Shown: one piece after another, positions 16,533-25,800 of the stretch
Layout: every line of letters begins with the position of its first letter
How positions within the stretch are numbered: the stretch's first letter is position 1
From: a virus
Taxonomy: Duplodnaviria; Caudoviricetes
Virus record (IMG/VR): IMGVR_UViG_3300032075_000005
Span: 1-47,799 of that record
Direction: 5' to 3' (one strand)
Length of the DNA: 47,799 nt
The notes under the pieces: generated by a model
Seen by the model: only the letters and a program-made list of their open reading frames with translations
What the model was told of the DNA's origin: nothing
Databases searched by the model: none
Position numbers and translations under genes: made by a program

Positions 16533-16724
16533 GCGCGTGACACGCGCTCGGTCACTCAGGTGACAGAAGTGGAGACGGGTTGTTCCAAAGAGTTACTCAC
16601 AAGAATTGGTGCAGCCCGTCCACTTTCCCTACACACGTGAGCCAGCACGTGCTTCGAGTTCCGTACATTGGCGCAACTCTGATTGTTGGCTACGGAAAAA
16701 CATGCCGGTTTGTGAGCACCGGTT
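16533..16724 (+). repeat. Dispersed structured element H (ends at a half-palindrome)
   Basis: Hairpin GCGCGTG/CACGCGC, then TCGG. GATTGTTGGCTACGGAA matches element C (GATTGTTGGCGACGGGAA). Ends TGAGCACCGGTT. Confidence 0.7.
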
Positions 16725-16742
16725 GACAGGAGTAGGAGCAGT

Positions 16743-16973
16743 ATGAATAAGTCCTACACACACCGCGTAACATTCGAGGTAACTGATGCCCAGTACAATA
16801 AGCTGAAGCAGCACCTAGAGCACGGAATGCTGAAGCGAGTATTCTCCGTGATTGTAGATGACGCAATAGTTATGCTAGATGAGTTCGGGCCGTACTTCGT
16901 GATAGCAATGCTTAGTCGTGAAGTGAGTTATAGGAAGATGGTTCAGGACTACATGAGACAAGCAGGTGAATAG
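16743..16973 (+). CDS. Possible ribbon-helix-helix DNA-binding protein
   Basis: RVTFEVTDAQYNKLKQHL..G....FSVIVDDAI fits a strand-helix-helix pattern. Confidence 0.5.
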   Translation: MNKSYTHRVTFEVTDAQYNKLKQHLEHGMLKRVFSVIVDDAIVMLDEFGPYFVIAMLSREVSYRKMVQDYMRQAGE

Positions 16974-16979
16974 CGCTAA

Positions 16980-16994
16980 GGTTAAGTTTTAACC
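16980..16994. promoter_or_regulatory. Solo 15-bp palindrome GGTTAAGTTTTAACC
   Basis: Matches the motif; preceded by GCTAA. Confidence 0.75.
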
Positions 16995-17003
16995 GGAGTA
17001 GCA

Positions 17004-17525
17004 ATGGATACTCGTTTAAAATCAGTCTACAAAAATATGCGTATACGTAATAGTGGATGTTGGGAGTGGACAGAAGAGCTTACTAGAGATGGTTATGCTT
17101 TATACGTATCTCCTAACATAGTTGGAAGATGTACTCTTGCACACCAATACGTATATACTATACTACATGGCAAAGTTCAAAAAGACTACGATATACATCA
17201 CATCTGTAGAAATAAGAGGTGCATCAAACCATCTCATTTAGTTAAGCTACATCACAAGGTTCATTTCGCACTACATAGATTAGGTTGGGATGTTATGGCT
17301 ACGCTAAATGACCTACAAATTAAGTCGCTCAGTGAATTACCGCCAGAGGAAGGCCTCCAACTGATCCTATCTATGCGTGAGCGCCGACACTTCGTGCCTG
17401 ATAAACCCGTGCGTGAAAAGAAGCCTAAAGTTCCAACTGAATCTGCTATTGCTAAGTTGAGCGAGAAGCAACTCGCAGAACTATACTACACTTTAATGGC
17501 CAAGCGCCAACAGGAGTTAATGTAG
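17004..17525 (+). CDS. HNH domain fused in frame to a downstream hypothetical protein (internal ATG near 17296)
   Basis: CWEW..GY..AHQ..IHHICRNKRCIKPSHL, followed by unrelated MATLNDLQIKSLSEL.... Confidence 0.75.
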   Translation: MDTRLKSVYKNMRIRNSGCWEWTEELTRDGYALYVSPNIVGRCTLAHQYVYTILHGKVQKDYDIHHICRNKRCIKPSHLVKLHHKVHFALHRLGWDVMATLNDLQIKSLSELPPEEGLQLILSMRERRHFVPDKPVREKKPKVPTESAIAKLSEKQLAELYYTLMAKRQQELM

Positions 17526-18875
17526 ATGCCTACAATCAATTTAGGAATTCTACGCATCGTACCAATGGAGCAAATTGATGCAGCTATGGAATCACGTGGT
17601 CGTCAGTCCTACGGCATCATCCAGGACTTCATGACATCTATCGAAAAGTACGGATTAATTCACCCAATCGCTGTTTACTCACCTAATGGAGAACCACCAT
17701 ACAAACTAATAGCTGGAGGTAGACGATTCCTAGCATGTACTGCACTTAAATGGACAGAGATTAGCTGTCGCATCTACGACAAGCCAATGACTGAACTTGA
17801 GCTTGCCGCTGTTGAACTGTTCGAGAATCTCGACAGACTCAATTTGAACTACGATGAAGAAGTAAAGATGAAAGAGCGCCTACACTTAACACTGGTGCAA
17901 ATCCACGGTCAGAAAATAGCTCGCAGTGCAGACGCACCAGGACACTCTATTCGTGATACGGCACGACAACTTGGTGTTAGCCACGCCACAGTTATTCAGG
18001 ATATGAAACTAGCTGAAGCCATGCGCCTCTTGCCTGAGCTTGAATTAGATAAGGAGAAGAATAAATCAGCAGCAATGAAGAAGCTCTCACGCTTCGCTAA
18101 TGTAATGACGAATAAAGTTGCTGTTGCTGAAGCTCGCAAGGACGCAGTGCTCTCTGGACGTATGTCATCACCTGATGATCCACTCAGTGCATATGTAGTA
18201 GGTGACTTCTTTGACAATACACTTGAGTCAGGACAGTTCAGTTTTATTGAGTGTGATCCACCGTACGGAATTGACCTACAAGAACAACGTGCCGATGGTG
18301 ATAGCGATGGTTCATTACAGCACGATTATAAGGAGATTAGTAACGTAGATTATTTAGCATTCTTGAACAAGCTAACAGATGAGTGCTATCGCCTCGCTGC
18401 AGATAATAGCTTTATTATTATCTGGTGCGGTCCAGAACATATTGCACGTGTTATAAGTGCTATGCAACGTGCGAAGTTCGAAGTTACTAAAATTCCTGCT
18501 ATATGGAAGAAGGGATTATCGCAAGGACAGGCTCAAGGAATGAATACTAACTTAGGTAACTCCTATGAAATGTTCGTGTATGGGCGTAAAGGAAGTGCTC
18601 AGATACGTAAACAGGGTAGGAGCAATGTTTTCGACTTCAATGGAGTCCCATCATCACAACGTATTCATCCAACCGAACGGCCACCAGCGTTAATGAGAGA
18701 ACTCATTGATACCTTCGTTTGGCCAGGATCGAATGTACTCGTGCCATTCGCAGGAAGTGGAGTAACAATACGCACTGCATTCGAGCTTGGTCACAAAGGA
18801 ATTGGTTATGACTTAAGTTCACACTTTCGTGATGCCTATATAAATAGGCTAATACAAGAGGTAGGAGCAAAATGA
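17526..18875 (+). CDS. ParB-like N-terminal domain + HTH fused to an N6A/N4C DNA methyltransferase
   Basis: GLIHPI..LIAGGRR (ParB Arg patch), HTH SIRDTARQLGVSHATV, DPPY, HPTERP and PFAGSG. Confidence 0.88.
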   Translation: MPTINLGILRIVPMEQIDAAMESRGRQSYGIIQDFMTSIEKYGLIHPIAVYSPNGEPPYKLIAGGRRFLACTALKWTEISCRIYDKPMTELELAAVELFENLDRLNLNYDEEVKMKERLHLTLVQIHGQKIARSADAPGHSIRDTARQLGVSHATVIQDMKLAEAMRLLPELELDKEKNKSAAMKKLSRFANVMTNKVAVAEARKDAVLSGRMSSPDDPLSAYVVGDFFDNTLESGQFSFIECDPPYGIDLQEQRADGDSDGSLQHDYKEISNVDYLAFLNKLTDECYRLAADNSFIIIWCGPEHIARVISAMQRAKFEVTKIPAIWKKGLSQGQAQGMNTNLGNSYEMFVYGRKGSAQIRKQGRSNVFDFNGVPSSQRIHPTERPPALMRELIDTFVWPGSNVLVPFAGSGVTIRTAFELGHKGIGYDLSSHFRDAYINRLIQEVGAK

Positions 18876-19090
18876 GTGGTAAGAAGAAGACTCATTGTGT
18901 GAGGGGGCACGAATATACTAAAGAAACTACGCGGTATCAAAAGGATAAAAATGGAGTAACTCATCGCCGGTGTAAGTTATGCCAGAAAATCTCACGTCGA
19001 GAGAGGAAACTATATGTCGAGCTTAGTAGGACCAGACGGAAGCCTATCAGCAAAGATAGCAATAGTAGGAGAACAGCCAGCAAAGTATGA
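18872..19090 (+). CDS. Small basic Zn-binding protein (HNH C-terminal module without the nuclease domain)
   Basis: THCVRGHEY..RRCKLC matches the tails of the HNH genes at 4150, 14394 and 30763. Confidence 0.6.
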   Translation: MSGKKKTHCVRGHEYTKETTRYQKDKNGVTHRRCKLCQKISRRERKLYVELSRTRRKPISKDSNSRRTASKV

Positions 19091-21497
19091 AGTTAAGTAT
19101 GGTAAGCCATTCATGGGTCCGGCTGGAAGGAACTTGAATGAATGTCTACAGAATGCACGCATTGCACGCAGCGCATGTTACCTCACAAATGTAGTGAAGG
19201 ATGTTGAGTTTGAATTAGATCGCTACTTTCAGTTGAGAGGAAAGAAAGCAGGCGTAACAGCGTTGGGACAACGCTACATAGAGGTACTGCGTGATGAGCT
19301 TATGGAAAGTAAAGCGAATGTTATCATCGCACTTGGTAACACTGCGCTATTTGCGCTTTGTGATCGCACTGGAATTACTGCATGGCGCGGCAGTGTTATT
19401 GAGTCGACTCTCATTCCTGGCAGAAAGGTCATACCTAGTTTACACCCTGCAATATACACTGACGAAAAAGTGCTGGCAAATCCTGCAGCGTATCTCGCGA
19501 AGTACTTAATCACTATAGATTTTAAGAAAGCTAAAGCTGAGTCTGAGTTCTCAGAACTCCGTTTGACTGATCGCAAACTGCTAATACATCCAAGTTACTA
19601 CGAAGCCATTAGCTGGCTAGAAGAGTGTAAAGAATACGCAGAATACGGAGGTATAGTTTATTACGACATTGAACTCACTCCAAAGACTCAGGAGCTAAGC
19701 TGTATAAGCTTTGCGACAGGACCAGTTGACGTAATGTGTATTCCTTTTGTAGATGCCAGTGGTGATTACTTTACTGCGGAGCAAGAGTATAAGATAATGC
19801 TCAGTATCGAGGACCTGCTATCTAATGAGCGTTGGATGAAAGGTGGTCAGAATGCTATCTTTGATTCGCATTTTCTATTACGTAAGTATGGCATACGCAC
19901 TCGCAATCTTGTTGGCGACACTATGATTGCGCAGCATATACTATATCCGGATTTTGGAGGTAAGACTTACAGGGGTAAGTCGTTAGAATTTATCACGAGT
20001 ATGTGGACTGACGTACCATACTATAAGCGTGATGGTAAACTGTGGCTAACAGGAGTAGGAGAATACAGCAAAGGATGGAACTACAATTGTTTAGATTCAA
20101 TAGTATGTGCTGATGCATTTCCTAAGCAATTAGCTGAACTGGAAGAGCGTGGTAATTACGATGCATATGAGCGGCAGATAAAACTGATTGGCCCATTAAG
20201 CTATATGATGGAGCGTGGGATTAAGATAGATAAAGAAGGAATGGAACGAGCTGCAAAGAATGCTATATTCGAAGCCAGTGAATTGACACACCAAGTTTAT
20301 TCGCTTACAGGATGTGAGTTCAATCTAGCTAGTCCACAACAGGTAGCAGAATACTTCTACGACAAGTGTAAAATAGAACCCTATCTAAGCAAGAAAGGTA
20401 AACCTACTACTGATGAGGAGGCGCTGAAACGCATAGCTAATAAGGGCTTTAGAGAAGCTAGCTTAATACTCGAGATTCGTAGCTTGCAAAAGATGGCATC
20501 GACATTCCTTAATGTGAATAACGTGGATGAAGATGGGCGAATGCGTTGCTCATACAATCCAGTTGGTACGAGATTCTCACGCATCTCGAGTAGTGGTAAC
20601 ATCTTTGGAACAGGAGTGAATTTACAGAACGTACCACATGAAGTGCTGAGTTATTACGTGGCAGATGAGGGACATATTATATACTCATTAGATATGAGTC
20701 AGATTGAGGCAAGGATTGTAGCGTACGTAGGTAACATCACTCAAATGAAAGAAGTATATGAAAAAGGATTGGATATACACCGACAGACAGGGTCACTCAT
20801 ATTCAATAAGCCGTATGATGAAGTCAGTACAGTACCAGGGTCAAGCACGCTCGGCAATGGAACTTACAGTGAGCGCGATTGGGCTAAGAGAGCCAATCAC
20901 GGTTTCAATTACGGTTTTGGATACAAGTCCTTTAGTCTCGACTACGAAATTCCTGAGCGCCAAGCTAAGTTCGTGTATGACCGATATCATTCAGCTTATC
21001 CAGGGCTTAAAGGAGGATACTGGAAGTATGTAGAAGAATCACTTAAGAAGACTCATACACTGACCAATCTATACGGTCGGAAGATTACGTTCTTAGGTAA
21101 GACATCTGCAAACTTGCTCAATGAAGCATACTCATGTATTCCACAAGGAACATGTGGTGACTTAGTAAACGAGCAAGGACTAAACTACGTATACTATAAT
21201 AGTGATACATTGTTCCGGCATGTTGAGCTGCTAATGCAAGTACACGATTCAATAAGTATACAAGTGCCGCTGTCATTGCCACTAGCGGATCATGCTAGAA
21301 TTCTATTGAGTATTAAAGCATCGCTGGAAGCTCCACTCAGATTTGGCAGGGATGAATTTGTCGTGCCGGTTGATTTAGTTGTTGGTACGTGCTTAAATAA
21401 AAAGAAAGGAGTTGAGCTGACGGGTTCGAAGTTCAGCGAAGATGCTGGTATGCTTGAAGCATACTTACAAGATGCACTAATAATGCTGGGGATATAA
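19014..21497 (+). CDS. polA: Family A DNA polymerase with N-terminal uracil-DNA-glycosylase-like domain and 3'-5' exonuclease
   Basis: UDG-like IVGEQP..PFMGPAG..HPA; exonuclease DIE/NAIFD/YNCLD; motif A DMSQIEAR, motif B KRANHGFNYG, motif C QVHDS. Confidence 0.93.
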   Translation: MSSLVGPDGSLSAKIAIVGEQPAKYEVKYGKPFMGPAGRNLNECLQNARIARSACYLTNVVKDVEFELDRYFQLRGKKAGVTALGQRYIEVLRDELMESKANVIIALGNTALFALCDRTGITAWRGSVIESTLIPGRKVIPSLHPAIYTDEKVLANPAAYLAKYLITIDFKKAKAESEFSELRLTDRKLLIHPSYYEAISWLEECKEYAEYGGIVYYDIELTPKTQELSCISFATGPVDVMCIPFVDASGDYFTAEQEYKIMLSIEDLLSNERWMKGGQNAIFDSHFLLRKYGIRTRNLVGDTMIAQHILYPDFGGKTYRGKSLEFITSMWTDVPYYKRDGKLWLTGVGEYSKGWNYNCLDSIVCADAFPKQLAELEERGNYDAYERQIKLIGPLSYMMERGIKIDKEGMERAAKNAIFEASELTHQVYSLTGCEFNLASPQQVAEYFYDKCKIEPYLSKKGKPTTDEEALKRIANKGFREASLILEIRSLQKMASTFLNVNNVDEDGRMRCSYNPVGTRFSRISSSGNIFGTGVNLQNVPHEVLSYYVADEGHIIYSLDMSQIEARIVAYVGNITQMKEVYEKGLDIHRQTGSLIFNKPYDEVSTVPGSSTLGNGTYSERDWAKRANHGFNYGFGYKSFSLDYEIPERQAKFVYDRYHSAYPGLKGGYWKYVEESLKKTHTLTNLYGRKITFLGKTSANLLNEAYSCIPQGTCGDLVNEQGLNYVYYNSDTLFRHVELLMQVHDSISIQVPLSLPLADHARILLSIKASLEAPLRFGRDEFVVPVDLVVGTCLNKKKGVELTGSKFSEDAGMLEAYLQDALIMLGI

Positions 21498-21499
21498 GC

Positions 21500-22696
21500 A
21501 TGACGAGACAGTTGAGTGATTTCCTGGATGCATACTTATATTTCACTGAGGAGACAGAACCATGCGAATTGTATAGGAAATGGGTCGGCGTGTCTGTAAT
21601 AGCTGCTGCCTTACAGCGTAAGTGTTACTTAAAATGGGGTAGCCAAACATGGTTTCCTAATTTATACATAGTTTTAACCGGTCCTCCAGGTGAACCTCGT
21701 AAAGGTACAGCGATGGCCTCAGGTTATAGTATACTAAGGCCACTTGGTATTAAGTTATCAGCTGATAGGTTGACACCTGAATACTTTATTAAGGAGCTAA
21801 GTTCGTGCTTGATAACTACTCAGTTCGATGCTGGCAAATTTATGAATCACTGCTCGCTAACAGTATTTAGCAAGGAGCTTACTGTATTCATAGGCTACAA
21901 AAATTCACAGTTCTTGGCCGATCTTACAGACTTGTACGATTGTGCGGACGACTGGTCGTATAGGACTAAAGGAGGTGGGAACTTTGAAATAACTGGTGCA
22001 TGGCTTAACATGTTAGCTGCGACTACACCTGAACAAATACAGGCAGCACTTCCAGCTGAAGCTGTAGGTGGAGGATTCGCTAGTCGTGTACTATTTATAT
22101 ATGCTGATAAGCGAGGTAAAACTGTGCCTGTTCCTATTGAGGATATGGAACTGAAGGAGAAGCTTATAGCTGATTTGGAAGAGATCTCGTTATTAGGTGG
22201 GCCATTCCTTGCAACGAATGACTATATAACGACCCGAACTGAATGGTATGTAAGTCAGTCACAAGAAACTCAAGTGATACAAGATGCGAGATTTGCTGCA
22301 TATTATAGTAGGAAAGCAAGTACTGCCACGAAGCTGAGTATGATACTGAGCGCATCACGTAGCGATGAAATGAAGCTGCGAGAAGTAGACTTCCTTCGAG
22401 CGGTGGAAATGTTAGATGAAGCTGAGATACCTATGATGCGAGCACTCAGTGGTGTAGGTAAATCAGACTACGCTGAAATACTTCCGCAAGTTATGGAGGA
22501 GATATTGAAGCATAAAGAAGTGACTATGCGATACTTAATGAATAGGTTCGCACATGACACCACTCAGTTTCACTTAATGAAGATGGTAGAGACGCTTGAG
22601 CTAATGGGAGTATTAGCGTATGCACCAGTTACAAAGAAGGTACACGTAAATCCGGACTTTGGTAAAGGAATATCACAGAACGGGCAAGTTAATTAG
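21500..22696 (+). CDS. DUF3987-like P-loop NTPase (putative replicative helicase)
   Basis: NLYIVLTGPPGEPRKGTA, LYDC..YRTK, GFASR; follows the polymerase. Confidence 0.65.
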   Translation: MTRQLSDFLDAYLYFTEETEPCELYRKWVGVSVIAAALQRKCYLKWGSQTWFPNLYIVLTGPPGEPRKGTAMASGYSILRPLGIKLSADRLTPEYFIKELSSCLITTQFDAGKFMNHCSLTVFSKELTVFIGYKNSQFLADLTDLYDCADDWSYRTKGGGNFEITGAWLNMLAATTPEQIQAALPAEAVGGGFASRVLFIYADKRGKTVPVPIEDMELKEKLIADLEEISLLGGPFLATNDYITTRTEWYVSQSQETQVIQDARFAAYYSRKASTATKLSMILSASRSDEMKLREVDFLRAVEMLDEAEIPMMRALSGVGKSDYAEILPQVMEEILKHKEVTMRYLMNRFAHDTTQFHLMKMVETLELMGVLAYAPVTKKVHVNPDFGKGISQNGQVN

Positions 22697-22699
22697 TTG

Positions 22700-22897
22700 A
22701 TTCCGCGTCTACGCGGGATGCCGCAGGACGAGAAGCAGTCCATTACTGCGCTTTGGTTGCTAACATAAGAAGGGTTTGGGGATCTTCGGATTGTTGGCGA
22801 CGGGAAGATGCGGGCCGGTTAGCACAAGAGGGATTAGTTAGAATAACCCTGAAGGATGTTACTGGCCCGTACAGTTCGGTTAAAATCTAACTTCAGC
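22700..22897 (+). repeat. Dispersed structured element C (at the convergence of the two arms)
   Basis: Hairpin CCGCGT/ACGCGG, then GATGCCGCAGG..GCAGTCCA; C(TTCG)G loop and G-T stems on the + strand; ends GGTTAAAATCTAACT-TCAGC. Confidence 0.8.
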
Positions 22898-22899
22898 AG

Positions 22900-25800
22900 C
22901 TATCTGCTACTTCTCTCCCTTCGCTCTGATCGTTCACGTCCATCTCGCCCGGCTGGCTTTGAATACCAACCCATAAGGCTATCCCACACGTTCTCACCAC
23001 GTACTTGAGCTTTTGCATATTTACCAACTTGGCGTAAATAAGGTACACCAAGGAGCGATCCTGCAGGTTCTATTAATCCACCTACATCTTTTGGTAAACC
23101 AAGATCTTCCATTTGCTTCTTATATGGATTAGATACCAATGGATCTACTCGGCCAGCACGGAATAAATCTTGTACTATTTGTGCTGCTGGACCAGTTACG
23201 CCTTTGCCATATCGCAGTCCACCTCCAACTATTGGAAGTCGCTCGGCCTGACCAACAGCAATATCCCAAGCTAACATTGCAGGCCCGTGCCCTTGCTGTA
23301 TACCTTTACGTACATCTCCAACAGGATCTGGCAATCCTGGCTGCAAATGCAGTATCTTGTACATCTCATTTACAATCTGCGTATAAACCAGCAATCTCAA
23401 TAGGTTTATTGCGAGCTGTGTTTTGCTACGTTTGCCTCCAGTTTCCCAGCTACCAGTACCACTAGGTACTCCGCCTGGAGGTATATTGCCACCACCTCCA
23501 CCTCCTGTCTTACCTTTAGTAAGCACTTCCTCACGTAGAAAATTGAAGTCGTTAATTAAGAACGTTTGAAATTGGGTAAGTAATTTACCTCGCTCATTAC
23601 GCTGCACACCTGTTAAGTCACCTGGCATGGTACTTCCTTGTGTACGTACAACTAAGTCATCTGCATAGCGTACTGCATCCTTATGACTGTAGCCCATCTT
23701 GCTGCCCTTGGCAATTTGGTAGGCAGCATTCCAGCTAACAACTGCTGCTTCCATATCGAATATCTCAAATAACTTGAAGCCGGGTCGGCCTACTGCTTGT
23801 TGCACACTACCAAAATCGCCTACTCGTATTGCGTGCGCAATGTCACCTGGCCTGCGTCCTATGATCGCAGCAGCTGCCTGATTGTACGCCTCAATGAAAT
23901 TGCGAGAACTCAGTACTTCACTATTCCTTATTGCAAAATCACGTGCAGTGCCACCGGAAAATGGATGTGCTATATGCCCAGCTAGAATTTCACCGGCAGA
24001 TTTTAGCGTTGGTACAGCACCCAATGCATAAGTAGTACCAACCAATGCACTTAACTGAATGCCAGCTGATCGTAAGGAACCTGATAGTAGTGCGTAAGCT
24101 AGGTTATTGTTTACTGCACTCATCACTCTTCGTGCAGTAGGATGCAGCTTCGCGTTCGTACCAGTTGAAAGGAATTCCTTCCAATTACTCAGCTCTTCAT
24201 ACAGTCCTGGTTTATTGTCCTTCAATGACCAAGTTTCTTCACCGGTTACTGGATCAGGTAAGTTTGTCTCAATTAGCTCATGTAATTTAGCAATGAATGG
24301 ACTCATGTTAATGTCCTTCAATGCCGACTGAGCATAAGTGTCGAGTATCTTAAGTGCATTCATCTCAGCTGTATAGAATGCGTGCTTACGTACTACGTAC
24401 GGGAAGTTAGAGGCTCGATGCTTGACGTACTGAGCATGAATAGATGCTGAAGTATCACGTGCCAAATCCACCTTAATACCAAGATGGTTAAGCAAGCTTA
24501 TTGTGCGTGCGAAGGTTTGATAGTTATCAACTCTAGCAAGCGGCTCACGTCCTGTCGCCTCACGAGTGATTTGTATGCGGTCGAATAAGTCAGCGTATAT
24601 AGTATCTAATGTTGTCTGCAGTCGCTGCTCGGCGGCATTGAGTGGCTTAGGAGTTACCTTATTAAATGTGAGTATACGCTGTCCGTCTCCGCCTTGACGC
24701 TGATAACCATTAGCACCAATATTCTCTAGTGATTTAGAACTGAAGCCACGGGCAAGCTCTTGCATGTCCGCGTGTAATCCATTCAGCTCAGCGTTGAGGT
24801 TCTTCTGTGCAGTGCGATAGGCATAGTAGAGAAACTCTGTGCCTGCTGCTTTGTGCTGTCGTATAGGAGACTTCAAATCCCACTCAGTACCGCCAGGCTT
24901 AATATCACGCGCACCTTGTAAGGCAGTAACTTCACTTCTCCATAATGGTGGTGCTTCAAGAGATGGAGTAGAGCCACTTGCTTGCCTAACTACTCGATGC
25001 TTAACAACGCGATCTCCTTTTATTATGTTCTCAGGATCGAAGCGCATGTTACGCGGATTCGTTGAGTTAGATGGTACGGGATTATTGATGCTGGCTAAAT
25101 AGTTCTCGAACATTGCTACATCTTCAGGCCTTGCACCGAACAGAAATTCTCGAGTGTTCTTGCCTGCCTTACGCATATCAGCTTGCAGTCGCTGTGCAGC
25201 CATACGCATTTCTCGAGTGAAGTTACCGCCTATTGCACCTTGCTCACCAAGCATAGTGTTCATATCATTAAGTATATCTATGAACGAGCGGCGTTCAGAA
25301 GTGTCAATTCCTGCTCGTTCTGCATCACGCATGGCTTGATAGTGCGGCACTAATTCACTTGGCAATTTATCAGTAATGTCAGTACCTCGCTCTATAGCCT
25401 CCATGATCTCTTTGATTTGAGCAGGTCCAATATCACTTGTTTTGCTCTCAACATACACACCTGCAGCCTCAGCTGATATCGGCGTAGGAGCCAAATCGTC
25501 ACCGCGATTAAGGCGAGCATCAGTCCTGACAACATCCTTAGGAACGAGCTCATAGTTCTTACCTTTCTTCACATACAAGTCTATGCCAGTCTCAGCTGCA
25601 ATGCGCGTTGCTTCACGAGTAAGTTCTTCACCAGTGAACTGATGTGCTTCAGCTAACGGTCTACCTGACAATTGAGCCTGGCGTGCTAAGTTGGCTTGCA
25701 TAGCAGTAGATAATTCAGCACTCATACGACCGCGTTCTGTTTGTGCTTGAATATCAGCAAGTGATGTGCGAGTATTCAGACCAGTGGTATCTATGAATAC

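Noticed and set aside
22760-22855. rRNA-like snippets in the elements (e.g. TCTTCGGATTGT, GGATTAG)
   Set aside because: The matches are short and non-collinear, and cannot be told from chance without a search.
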